The position numbers and the translations under genes were made by a program. DNA of 64,000 nt from Entomortierella parvispora E1425. Its lineage: Eukaryota > Fungi > Mortierellomycota. Of the stretch, positions 48,322 to 59,728 are shown piece by piece (positions within the stretch are counted from its first letter, which is position 1; each line of letters opens with the position of its first letter). The stretch is from contig BQFW01000012.1 in assembly GCA_020891255.1 (NCBI GenBank), positions 1,798,001 to 1,862,000 on the forward strand, read 5' to 3'. The notes under the pieces are model-generated. The model was not told where the DNA came from, ran no database searches, and was given only the letters and a program-made list of their open reading frames with translations.

Positions 48322-49669
48322 TCAATCCACGTATATCATAAGCTTGCCACCACTACGGTCAATGGCGACGCGGACATCGCCATCATTCTGAAGGGGGGCA
48401 AAATCACCACGATCGTTGCGGTAGCTCAACTCCTTCTGCTCCGTGTTGAGACGCTCAAAAACCTTTTGCTGAAGAGATCGGAAGGTGATCGCGACCGGTA
48501 TCCTCATGGCCATGATATCATCCTGATAACTAATCTTGATCTTGATCATTTCCTCATTGCTACCGGGGATGCTAATGGCCGAAGATTGGAATGTAGACTG
48601 AGATCGTAGACTGGGTGACGAGCTGGCAGTTCCCATATCTTCTCCATAAGAGCGAAGGCCAGAGGATGAGGATCCTTGCTGCAATGACTTTGAGGCGTAC
48701 ATGGCTCTAGGTCCTGCAGAATGGGAGGGTCTCCGGTCCGAAATGGCCGAAGAGTGGAACATGGGGCTAGAAGGTGTCGAGCGACCCATCATGGCCGATC
48801 CTGGCATGTTTCCATTGTTGCTATGACCGTTGCCGTTGGATCCTGGTCCCGTCTCTGTATCTCCATCTCGTAAGGCAAAGAGTTGATCAACAAGAGGGTG
48901 GTGGAGGATTCTCCTTGGAAGTCTGCAGAGATCCTGAACGTACTCGTTCAAATCCACCTTGCGAGAGGCCGAAACAGAGTCGTCGACAACCTGGAGCGGC
49001 ATTGGCATGAAGGGCAAGATTCGGGGTTGATCACCAACCCTGCCAGATTCCACGGGGAACTCCTCCAGAAGCGCAATGTGAAAGTTGTAAAAGTCTTCGT
49101 ACAGGCGGAGCAAATTCCTGTTTGCTCCATCAGACATTTCAGCCTTGACAGTGAACCAGTACTGATCGTCCTCGTGGTGGAAGGAATCGACAGAGGCATA
49201 CACCAATTGCGCAAAAGATTCCTCTGCGATCTCTCCATGGTCATATCCGTCATGCCGACTTGAAACAGGCGTAGAGGTGCTGCCTCTGGACATGTCATCG
49301 CGTCCGTTCTATTGTTGGATTTGGGTACAAATTGAGTCAGTTTTTCTTTGAATATGGGCTGCAGTAAATGCCTGTTTTTTTTAGCCCAAAAAAAAGAGAG
49401 TCTCGGGCAGTCCTTACCATACGGCGTCCAATGTCTTCTTGAGAAGCAAGTCGGCGAAGAGGCTCGCGTTGCTGTTGCGATTTCATATCCCTGGACATTT
49501 TGTTCTTGAGCTGCTGGATGGTGGGGCCAGAGTTTTGGCTCGAGAACTGTTGTGGGTGGATTGGCAGTTGAGGCGAAGGCATGCCCATAGACTGATGGGG
49601 GTGATATTGCTGCTGGGGCTGTAGTTGCTGCTGCTGCTGCTGCTGCTGCTGGAGTTGTTGTTGTTGTTG

Positions 49670-49700
<31 letters not shown>

Positions 49701-50509
49701 TGTTGCTGAACGGCTTCGTTAGAGTCAATTCGTCCAAGAGGAATACTGTTGGCTTTGTACTCCATTGTCTGCTTCTTCCATTCCTCGACGCGAGGAATGG
49801 CTGTTCCCGTCTGACGGAGAAACTCCTGGACGTTAATGGGCTTTCCTGTAACCATGTCTCTGATCTCCACAAAACTGACAGGGATCAAACCTGGGCCACC
49901 CAGGCGACCGATCGGCTTGGCCACATACCACTCCTCATTCGACTGAGCAATCACCAAGATGGCATCGCCCACCTTGGCATCCAGCTCGTCTGGACGCTCT
50001 GCACCAAAGTCGTAGAGGACAATACCATACAAGGGCTGGCACTTTGGAAGGGGCTTTTGCGCAGGGATAGGGGACGCTGCGGCCGCCACAATAGGGATTG
50101 GTTGTGACTGAAGAGGGTGTTGCGGTTGCTGGTACTGTTGCTGCTGCTGGTAAAACTGTTGCTGCCCCTGCTGATTATGATCGTTCTCGTGCACATTGTC
50201 ATCGAGACTCTGGTTGCTGTTCCGATGACTCTTCTCCAGGATCTGAAAGTAGGTCACTGGGACGTAACCTCGGGCGCCAGTGACGGGATTGCATGCCTCG
50301 TACCAGTCCTCGTCATCCTCATTGCCGACGACATGGAAAAAGTCGCCCTTGGTGAAGGAGAGCTCCTCGGTCTGCTGTGAATTGTAGTCGTAAAGAGCCT
50401 TGATAACCTTGCGAGGAGGGGCGAGGGCGGCGGGCCCGACTCGATTGGGGTTGGGAGAGAGTCCACCAGAACTGTTCTTGGTTTGGAGCGATCGTCGAAG
50501 ATTCTGCAT
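48322..50509 (-). CDS. BEM1: Polarity scaffold Bem1/Scd2 (SH3-SH3-PX-PB1)
   Basis: Exons 50509-49418 and 49308-48322. SH3 (ALYDY...ELSF...GYVP), SH3 (VLYDFGAERPDEL...GPGLIPVSF), PX (RLYEDFYNFHIALLEEFP), PB1 (IKIKISYQDDIMAMRI). Confidence 0.95.
49625..49708 (-). repeat. (CAG)/(CAA) trinucleotide tract encoding poly-Q in Bem1
   Basis: gctg and gttg runs on the + strand, between the second SH3 and the PX domain. Confidence 0.95.
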
Positions 50510-52286
50510 CTGGGTGGGTTGCTCTAAAAGACTGGGTGCAGAAGAAAGGAGAGGGGAGGTGAAAGAGAAGAGAAGGGCTTTTGCGCAGTGGAGAGGAGAG
50601 AAGAGGAAGAGAAGAGGAAGAGAGGGGGGATTGAGAGAAGAGAGGGGAGCAGATGATGATGGAACGAGACGATGGAAGGAAAGAGGAGCGAGCAAAGGGA
50701 ACAGCGCACAGAAACACAAATTAGGGAGGGAAAAAAGAGAAAAAAAAGCAGCGAGATTGTTTATGGCCGAACGGGCGGGTGGATTGTGCGACAGGCAAGC
50801 AAGAAAAAAGAGTCGGTGCTCTCTGCTGTCTGGCTGTCTGTCTGTCTGGCTGCATGTCTGTCTGGCCATCTCTCTGTCCTCTTTCTTGTCTGTCCCCCTT
50901 TCTGTCTCGTCGCCGTTCTTCGCTCTCACTCTTCCGTGGGTGTCACCCTCGCCCGAAGAACAAGAAGCTCTTCAGGGGATGGCAGGCAGAGACACCACGC
51001 TGTCAGGCACGTCCATCCAGACTCTATTTCTTTCAGCTCCCGTGGATCGTCATTCCTCTCTGGCCCAATAGGAGAGGCGCCATCTCAGAAGAGTGCACCC
51101 AACCAATGTCGCCAAGAGCGTACCGTCTTGCTCATGGGAACCTAACGTAGAGATCGGCTTCCACCTGCTAAGAGAGCGAGAGAGCAGCGTTGGGCAGCTA
51201 ACTGGTTATTTACACGAAACATCATGACGTTCAGGGTGCACATCTGCCTTTATCTCTTTGATTCATGCATCCTCTCATATCAGCCGCAATTAGACCGCCC
51301 TTCCTGGCTGGTCCTCTTGTCCCCACACCAATCTGCCCTTCTGGCGTTAGAAGAGGGGGGGCTGAAGGGAAACACCATGGTTAGTCTGTCCATCCGCTGT
51401 GCATCCTGCAGGCTGATAACACGCCGCACTTTGGGGTGCAGAGTGGACATAGTCCACCCATCTCCCTTCTTTCCCCTTGTGTTTGCTCAGCAACTGACTG
51501 GGCTCATCCCCTTGCTCCTTCGCTCCTTTTCAGTTGGACACAGAGATGCGCACCCACACCTCGCGCCTTTTTTTTTTTTACTCGAGCAACCCAGTGTGTT
51601 ATTGCGATCCCTCGCCTGGATCCCAGTCAGTTGCCAGACCACAGGTGCTTTTGGAATTACGGACACAATGAGCGGTCAATGAGGCACTGCTGCTTGCCAG
51701 GTGGGTTCTTTTTGCCTTTTGACCTTTTTCTGTGGGCTGTGCAGAGCGGTCGACTCTGGCGTTGCCTTTTTTTTCTCTAGGACGCGTGCGAGGACAGCGA
51801 GGGAAGTTTTTTTTGCTAGGTTTGGGAGGCAGGGCAGGCGTGAAACTTGTCAATTTTTTTTTTTTTTTTTTTTTTGCCTTTGAATTTCGACTGCATTCGT
51901 ACGTGTCCAACTGCTTGCGCCCACAATGATGACAGCGAGTGAGTGGGTGAGGGACACTCGGCCAGTGGGGGCGAGTTGGCAAGCGAGAAAAGAAGAGATA
52001 TCGATGGCACGGCAGGACAGGACGAGAAGGGACGGAAGGGCGTCAGCATGTTTGCATCCAGCCCCCGTCCAAATCCTCGGCCAGACCAGACAGCACTGCG
52101 ACGGACAGCACTGCGACAGACAGACAGAGAGACAAACACCACGCCAATTGAACCAACATAAAAGGGTGGCGTCTCGACCAACATCCTTCCTGACAAATTC
52201 ACTCTTTTGTATTTTTCGCGCGCTATTCCCTCCCTCTTTCTGTTTTCCCTCCCTCCCCCCCCCCCCCCCCCCAATCGAACAGTGCA

Positions 52287-53675
52287 ATGTCCGCCCTCTC
52301 AAACGACCAAATCGAGGACCTCATCTCCCAGTCGCTCGAGGGTACATGTCCACCTTTTCTCCCATTCCTCCTACATGTGCACATCCTGTGCCAAGACACG
52401 CCCTCGCCTTCTTTCTCTCTCTCTCTCGCCTCCATATTACACAGGGCTAGGGGCTGATGGCTAATAGAGACTAACTTGTACAAGGGTCATCCCGCCTGTT
52501 CTCTTCAATATTATAGCCAGGAACAACTCGTACTCACCCTACTCCAAGTTCCGGGTAGGTGCCGCTCTTCGCACCGTCGACGGCAAGATCTTTCAAGGTA
52601 TGGCAAAAGTGGATGGTGACCAGAAACGAATCTCGTTGGACGGAAAGAGACTCAACATCAACTGATCAATATTTTTCTTTTTTCACTTTCTAGGATGCAA
52701 TGTTGAGAATGCATCATATGGTATGTTAGTTATTACTGGAGACAAGAGCAGCCTGCTGTCTGGCGCCGTCAACGCTCACCCTTCTGGGCTGAATCGAGTT
52801 GCGAATCGCTCAACGGAGAAAAAAAAAAAAAAAAAAAAAAACATTAGGAGACGCAAGCCAACCCCAAACTCTGTTTTTTTTCCTTCTTCCTCCTCATCTT
52901 TGGTCCTGACCAACGTGTCCTTTCTCTTTAACCCTTCTTCTCCGTGCACGACCGATCACTGACATGTATGCTTTCTCCTCGTCTCTCGATGATTCTTACT
53001 CTCTCGTCCTTAACGCTGCCCAACGCGGTGCTCAGGAGGAGCCATCTGCGCCGAAAGGACAGCCTTTGTCAAGGCAGTGGTAAGCCACAGTCGCGCTCTC
53101 AACTCTCTTTTGTTTGTCAAAACGAGGTCGATCTCCTCTTTGTCGCCCAATCTTCAGATCGGGGAGAACGGGAATTTTGTTGTTTTTGTTGTCGATCTGT
53201 TTCTTCATCCACGTTCTGACCGTTCAACCGTGCTCTTTTTCTATTTTTCAGAGTGAAGGATATCGTCGATTTGTTGCCATCGCCGTTTCATGGTATAATC
53301 TCTTTGAATCACAAGACAGACCACACGCGTCTCTGCTGCAAACATTTTTACTGACACGTTTTTTATGGCATGCACGCGACCCTCCACAGTGACATGAACC
53401 AGTTTATCTCGCCTTGCGGAATTTGCAGGTATGACAACTCTTTTGAACAATGTGCTCCAGGAACATAACCGTTCCTCTGGTGCTACTATTATTATTATTA
53501 TTTTTGCCTAAAATGTATATGCTTCTTGGGACGATGTACCTCTAGACAATTCATGAACGAGTTTGGCAAGAATCTCGAGATTTTCTTTGTCAATGATGAC
53601 CGGACATACAAGCGTGCTATTCTTGCAGACTTGCTTCCCTATGCTTTCGGACCAGAAGATCTTCCTGGCAATTAG
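52287..53675 (+). CDS. CDD1: Cytidine deaminase (homotetrameric CDD type), 7 short exons
   Basis: Exons 52287-52341, 52517-52597, 52694-52720, 53036-53079, 53252-53292, 53390-53428, 53546-53675. These give SYSPYSKFRVGAAL, GCNVENASYG, ICAERTA, SPCGICRQ and LLPYAFGPEDL. Not in the ORF track because of the micro-exons. Confidence 0.95.
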
Positions 53676-55391
53676 AAAGGACGTTGTAGCCTCTTCTCAA
53701 ACCCGTCTCAATACAGAATGTGAGTGTGGTGAAACATGGTTATCTCATTCGCTTTGTGGGTCTTTCAGTTGTACGCTAGAGGTTGAAACGACGCACATCT
53801 AGGTACATATTGGACCACTCTGTTTGCAGAAACCATTGACCCAGCTGTTTCGTGCAGAACACAACAATCTGGGGTGGAAGACGAGGTTATGGTGACTGAC
53901 AGACAGACAGATAAACAAAAAAAAACCAAAAAAAAAAGAAACAACGGCGCACATGCATCGAGAGGCTGGGACAAAAAAAAACTTCCCGCTCCAAGTGCAA
54001 CGACAACTGGGAAGAAAAAAAACCAAAGCATTTCGATGCTTTGGCCACTTTTCCTTTGCCCAATGTGTTTCCCCACGATGAGGAAAGAACAAGGGATGAG
54101 GATGTAGGATGTAAATGATCTTCATGAACCGCAGGTATGGAGGGGATTATCTCTTCTCCTTCATCCTTATTCCTTGCAGAGAAAATATTCGTCAACGCGT
54201 CGGTCGCGTTCTTGGCGAAGGAAGAACTGAGCTGAGCAGCGCCTTTTTTTTCAGTCCTGGCCCACCCCCTTTTCGCAACGAGATAGGAGGAATCATGTTC
54301 TATGACGGGAGCGAGTTTTTTTTTTCTCTTTGGGAAAGATCATGGGACAAGAGGATGATGAGTCCTCCTTGCTTGCTTCTTTGTATCCCTTGAACCAAAG
54401 AGTGGGGTGGCTGGTCGCGAGGCCGGGAAAACGTGGACAATGGTCATCACAATTTACCCTCTTGTTTAACTGCTGCTGAAGAAGATGAGATCAAGCGATA
54501 GTCAGGGCGAAGAAGAAAGAAAGAAAGAAAAAAAAGCAAGAGCGAGCACTCTTGCCATGTGGCATGGGTCGGGAAGAAAACTAAAACTGAAAAAAAAAGG
54601 GAGACAGAGTGAAAGATCAAAGGATCTTCAGCCGGTTGTCCCCATGCAACCAACGATCGGACAGACTGCCGATTAGGGCTCTGGTGGAGAAGACGTAGAG
54701 ACAAAAAGAGAGCAACAAGACGGGAGGGCCTAGAAGGACTATTTTTTTTTATGTTTCGAGGATGGCTGACACAAGCAGAGCATGGCGTCAGTCCAGGGCA
54801 AGAGCAACGAGCAAGGGGGTGGGTCCAAGGGCGGCCACCGGGTGGGTGCGCGCATTCAAGGATGAGGGATGTGGGTGCTTGCAAAGCAAACATGGGTTCG
54901 TCCCGACTCGCACTGTCTGGAAAGAACAAAGTTGAACAAACAACATTGACCGACGGAAAACGAGAGCAGGAGAGGAAGAAAGACACGCTGAGAGAAAGAG
55001 GGGTGGACATACATGGCCACCAAGGACCAAGGGAGATCGGCTTCCCTTCCACCCATCCATCCGTGCGTCCATGGCGTCGGCCGTCTTTGTTATCTTTTTT
55101 TTTTCGTTCTTCTCCCTTTTGCTTCTTTGTTTCCCCTACCGACAATCCACCCACGCCCTTCGCCCACCCTCCTCCTCCTCAAGCTTCCTTTTCTCGTTGA
55201 CTTGCTTCTCAACTTTTCTTCTCTCGCCTTCAGACTCCTCCACCCCCTTCACCTCCCAAGTCCTCCACCGCGTTCTTCCTCATTCGCATTCTAAACCTTT
55301 TGATCCCTTCTTACTAACACCTGACTGTCACCCTCTCTTGGAGCAATCTCGGAGTCTGGCCTCAGCGAGCACGCTTGGCCACCATTCAAAG

Positions 55392-58300
55392 ATGGATGAG
55401 CTTCATGCAATGCTGGCCAGTGCCTCAGACGCGCTCTCATGCGGCAATCCCAAGGTCAGCAACAGCCCAGGAATCTTGTGGATGAGACCAACGCCGCGTG
55501 TGGGACGCGTTCATCATCCGACTGACATGGAGATCGTTTTCGTTTGTGTTGAGTAGGACGCGTACTTTGGATGCCTCGATCTGCTGGATGCATTGACGGC
55601 CGAGCTGAGAAAGATCAAGTTCATTGCCAATGGTGAGTCCAGACACGAGCCCCGCTTCTTGCCCAACTGCTCCGTCCTGGTGCTCTGTTGTGGCCCTGCT
55701 GACATGACATCGAAGACTGCTCTCAACCGCACAACCAAGGAGGACGAGAGAATCGACCCGCTGAATTCTAACTCTCTTCTTCCCATTCGGCCTTTTTCTC
55801 TCCTATCTGTGCCATTGCTCCTTGCTCTGCCCTCTCCACAGTCGCCATTTCTTCTGCTCAGACCGTGTCGGTGATCACCCTCACGCGAAGCGCGGTTTGC
55901 CAGACTCAGGACATCCTCGGGAGACACAATGCGGCCATCGCCGGCATCACGGACTCGTCCGTTGGTGTGTTGTCCAAAAAGTCGGCACAACCAAGACCAG
56001 CAGACAGGATCATCTCCAGTCAGGCAAGGACTGTTGCCATGCTCACTGAGAAACTGCAGGCTTCCTCGCCCTCCCAGCCGCCAGAGGACCGTCCACGGCC
56101 ACCAACGCGTCCTCCGTTCTCACCGGCTCAGTCTGTTTCTTCATCCCCTGTTATATACTCACCCTTGGTGCGAACTGGATCCACAAATCCTCCAAAGCCA
56201 ACTCGTCGACCTCCACCTTCACCTCCACATGAGAGTCAGGGGTCTTCTTACTTTGACATCAGCACGATGGATCTAAGCGAGTCACCTGTTCACACAGTTG
56301 AAGATAGCCCTACATTCACAGGCCCTCATATGGACTCGGACCTGGCCGAGTCTCTCGATCTCGAAACATATCATCAGCCAAAACCGCCATTGCCACCCAA
56401 ACCAGCGGGTCTGTTCCGAAGACTTGCTCGCCTGCGATCTTCAGACGACCTGTCTGCAGACGAGGACGATTCCGACGACGACGACGAACCACAAGAGCAG
56501 GAGTCGCCAAAAGGTAAACCACGGTCTTACTCCTGGCGTTTCATATTTGATGGTAGTCGCTTGCTTGCTCACTCACACAACACCTTTCTTTCAGCGCCTC
56601 TTCCTACAGCCCCAGTGTTGCACAGAAAGACATCTTCACCAGGGATTGCCATCCCCTCTCCCTGGAAACGGTTCGGCCCCTCCGTGTCGGTCCCAGTCTC
56701 TCCGAGTCACTCACCCCCAAATACACCTGCAAGCTGTCCGTCATCCCACGGAACCCGCTCCTTTTCACAATCCCAATACTCTGTTCTTCGACAGGGCAGT
56801 GGTCTGATCACCGTGATCCCAGAAGGTTGCATTGACCCCGCAAATCTTATTGAGGCAGAACGTATCAACGGAGACGACGATGAGGACCAGCTAGACTACA
56901 AGACTTATGGTCCCTCAGATCATATCCCTCTCATTCCCGTGTCACCCCTACGAACCACACATCGTTCTTTGGTCGAGAAGGAAAAGTCATGGTCGACAAT
57001 GTTGGCAGAGGCCAAGCGCAAAATGCAGGAAGACCAATCATCCGACGGACAAAGCGAGGACGACAGTGACACTCAAACACGGTATGAAGACATTCAAAAG
57101 TACACTGCGCAAATCGCCAACGTTATGGCGACCATCACCAAGGTCCGGGAGCTACTCTACCGGTCAGCTAGTATCACCTCCATTCTCGAGTTCCCTCCAC
57201 ACCTCGTCGCATATCAGTTGACACTTGTGGAGTCGGCCATCTTTCTGCAGATCCTGCCGACGGCGCTACTGGTGCACTCGCCAAAGACTCCACACCGAAC
57301 AATCACAGCCTCCACCGACTTTTTCAATTATCTCACGCGCATGATCGAGTACTCTATTCTCTATCCGCCTGAGGCATCCGGTCGAGCTCAGAGTCTGAAC
57401 TATTGGGTCAAGGTAGCGGTGAAGCTCCACGAACTTGAAAACTTTCAGACTCTCAAAGCTGTTCTTTCAGCCTTGGGAACTCCTCCTATCAAACGCCTCA
57501 AACGGACATGGAGTTTCTTGCCAAAGAAGAGCACAACCAAGCTAGAGACACTTTCAGAGCTAATGAGTGAGAATCGCAACTATGGAAGATACCGAGAGAT
57601 GATGGCGAGTCTCAGCGCCGGCACCATTCTTCCTTCAGCAGCGACATCTCCCGTGAGCTCTGACGCCTCTTCAGGCAAGTTTGATATCCTCGGCAGCTGG
57701 TCTTCGGCAGAGCTAAAGGTCAAAGAGAATATCCGACGGCCAATGGTGCCATTCTTGGGCACGTTCATCATGGATATCACGTACTTGTTGGCGGCTGTCA
57801 AGAAGGGCAACAGCAACGTGTCCTCTTCACCGCCTGTCCAAGTGCCCGCGACATCAAGTCTACGCGGAACGCCTTCCAGGATTAGTGTACACATGTTGCC
57901 TCAAAATGACCCAAGAGTCCAGGACTTGCTTCATACGCTATCCGCCTATCAATCTGGACCTAGGTATTCTCCTCAACCACCGAGATCCTACATCAAGGCC
58001 TCGATCAAGGCACCGTCACATTTCAGGGCCCCATCCCTTTCATCCGCACTGCAGATCACATCCAAGTATCGCACATCGTCCGCGGCAGCTGCAGTCGAAC
58101 GAGACCGCCAAATGGCTCTTTTTGATGACGATGACGACGATATGCCTGTAGGTGTAGCTGGCTATGGAGGTATGAGGGCGACACAACAGTTGATTCTCCA
58201 TTATATTCTCACACGTCCTTGGGTACCTGAGAAAATGGCAGACGAGCTGAGTACGATCCGAGAGCCAGTCAAGGCCAAGAATGCAGCTTCTCCCTCATCC

Positions 58301-58459
58301 TCCAGCGTCATCAGCAACAACAACAACAATTCGTGGGCGAGCTCCACAACAGGTTCGATCAGCAGCTGGGCGATGAGCACGGCAAGCAGCTCGTTGTATA
58401 GTCCTAGAGGCAGCATGGCCAATGAAGAACCTCGGCCTATCAGTGTGGAAGAAGAGTGA
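55392..58459 (+). CDS. RasGEF (CDC25-homology domain) protein with a short N-terminal helical domain
   Basis: Predicted exons 55392-55454, 55557-55632, 55842-58459. CDC25 motifs VAYQLTLVE, FFNYLT, LENFQTLKAVLSAL...PIKRLKRTW, NYGRYR, VPFLGTFIMDITYL. The 5' exons are less certain (about 0.6). Confidence 0.88.
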
Positions 58460-58603
58460 CTCCTAGTGTGAAGATGAGGCTGGGACACGCTCCCTGTCAC
58501 CCCAGCCCAGCTGCATCCTTCAATCGTATATTTTCCTTGAATTGAGCAATACAAACTTGTATAACACCATGTCCATCCTCCATCCATACAGTATTCCATA
58601 ATG

Positions 58604-58611
58604 CACGTGAC
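58604..58611 (-). promoter_or_regulatory. GTCACGTG E-box upstream of ELP1
   Basis: cacgtgac on the + strand, about 170 nt upstream of the ELP1 ATG in a 320-nt intergenic gap. Confidence 0.4.
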
Positions 58612-58778
58612 CAAAATCAATGAGAGTGAGAGTGAGAGTGAGACTGTCTTTCCAGTCCTTCGGAAAACACTGTCTGCGCCTGCAGGCGTTCAAGCTGCAT
58701 TCCTCTTCAGTCCCATTCAGCACTGGCAATCTCGTTCCTCGGCCGCACCCACCATTCGAGCGACATTCTCTTGCCACG

Positions 58779-59696
58779 ATGAAGAACCTCACGCTCCTGT
58801 CTCAAATTCACCTGGCGCGGTTTGGGCGACCCGTGGGCAAGGACATTCACCACAGTGTCGATCCTGAAACGGGCGACGTCTATGTCGCCTACTCGACCGG
58901 ACCAACAGAGGGCGTCCTGGTCAGGATCTCTGATCTCCAGGTACATACAGAGGGGATATTGGCATGGATGCTGGACATGGACCTCGAGACGGAACAAAGA
59001 TATCCCATTGCCCTCGACATGCTTGGAGCCAAGCAGGAAAAGAAAAGGCCGGCTACTCTTTTGGATCTGAAGAAGAGGGGTTTGACCGATCCAAAATGAC
59101 CTCCTTTTGGCAAAATACTTATTTTTTCATCCGTTCTTTCGCTATAGTCCCCTTTTCCAGAAATCAACGAACTGGTTACCTTTCCACCCCAGAATGATGT
59201 GAACGCAGATCAATGGGGATATGTTGTTGGCGTCAAGTTCTTGGTCGACATTCAAGCCGTTTGCGTGATCTTTTCTCATGGAGATGTTGTCCTCTTTCAC
59301 AATGAAGCGACCGAATCGGGAGACACTGTACGTTTTTCCTTGATCATACTGCATGAGCGGGATAACTTTTTATCGGGAGAGATATTAAATGCGAAGAAAG
59401 GGGGACTAACGACGATGTTTCTCTATTTTTTTTTGTAGCTCGAGATTGTTGGCTCTGTTGACTCGGGGATTTCCTGCATGGCTTGGAGTCCTGATGAGGA
59501 GCTCGTTGTCATGGTGACAGGTATGATTCCGTTTCTTTTCAGACCTTCTCTACCTGAAAGCATCTGTTGAACAAGGGACTGACACCGAGCTTCTGTTCTG
59601 GTATCGACCATAGGCGAAGGTTCTATTCTGGAAATGACAAAAGATTTTGATGTGATTGCCGAAAACCCGATTGATGTTGAGGAAGCTGGAGAAGGT

Positions 59697-59728
<32 letters not shown>

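Noticed and set aside
50510-52286. ORFs of 120-220 aa in the BEM1-CDD1 divergent region, including the upstream extension of ORF 49337-50929
   Set aside because: Microsatellite- and purine-tract-driven open frames. Bem1 homology begins at ATG 50509.
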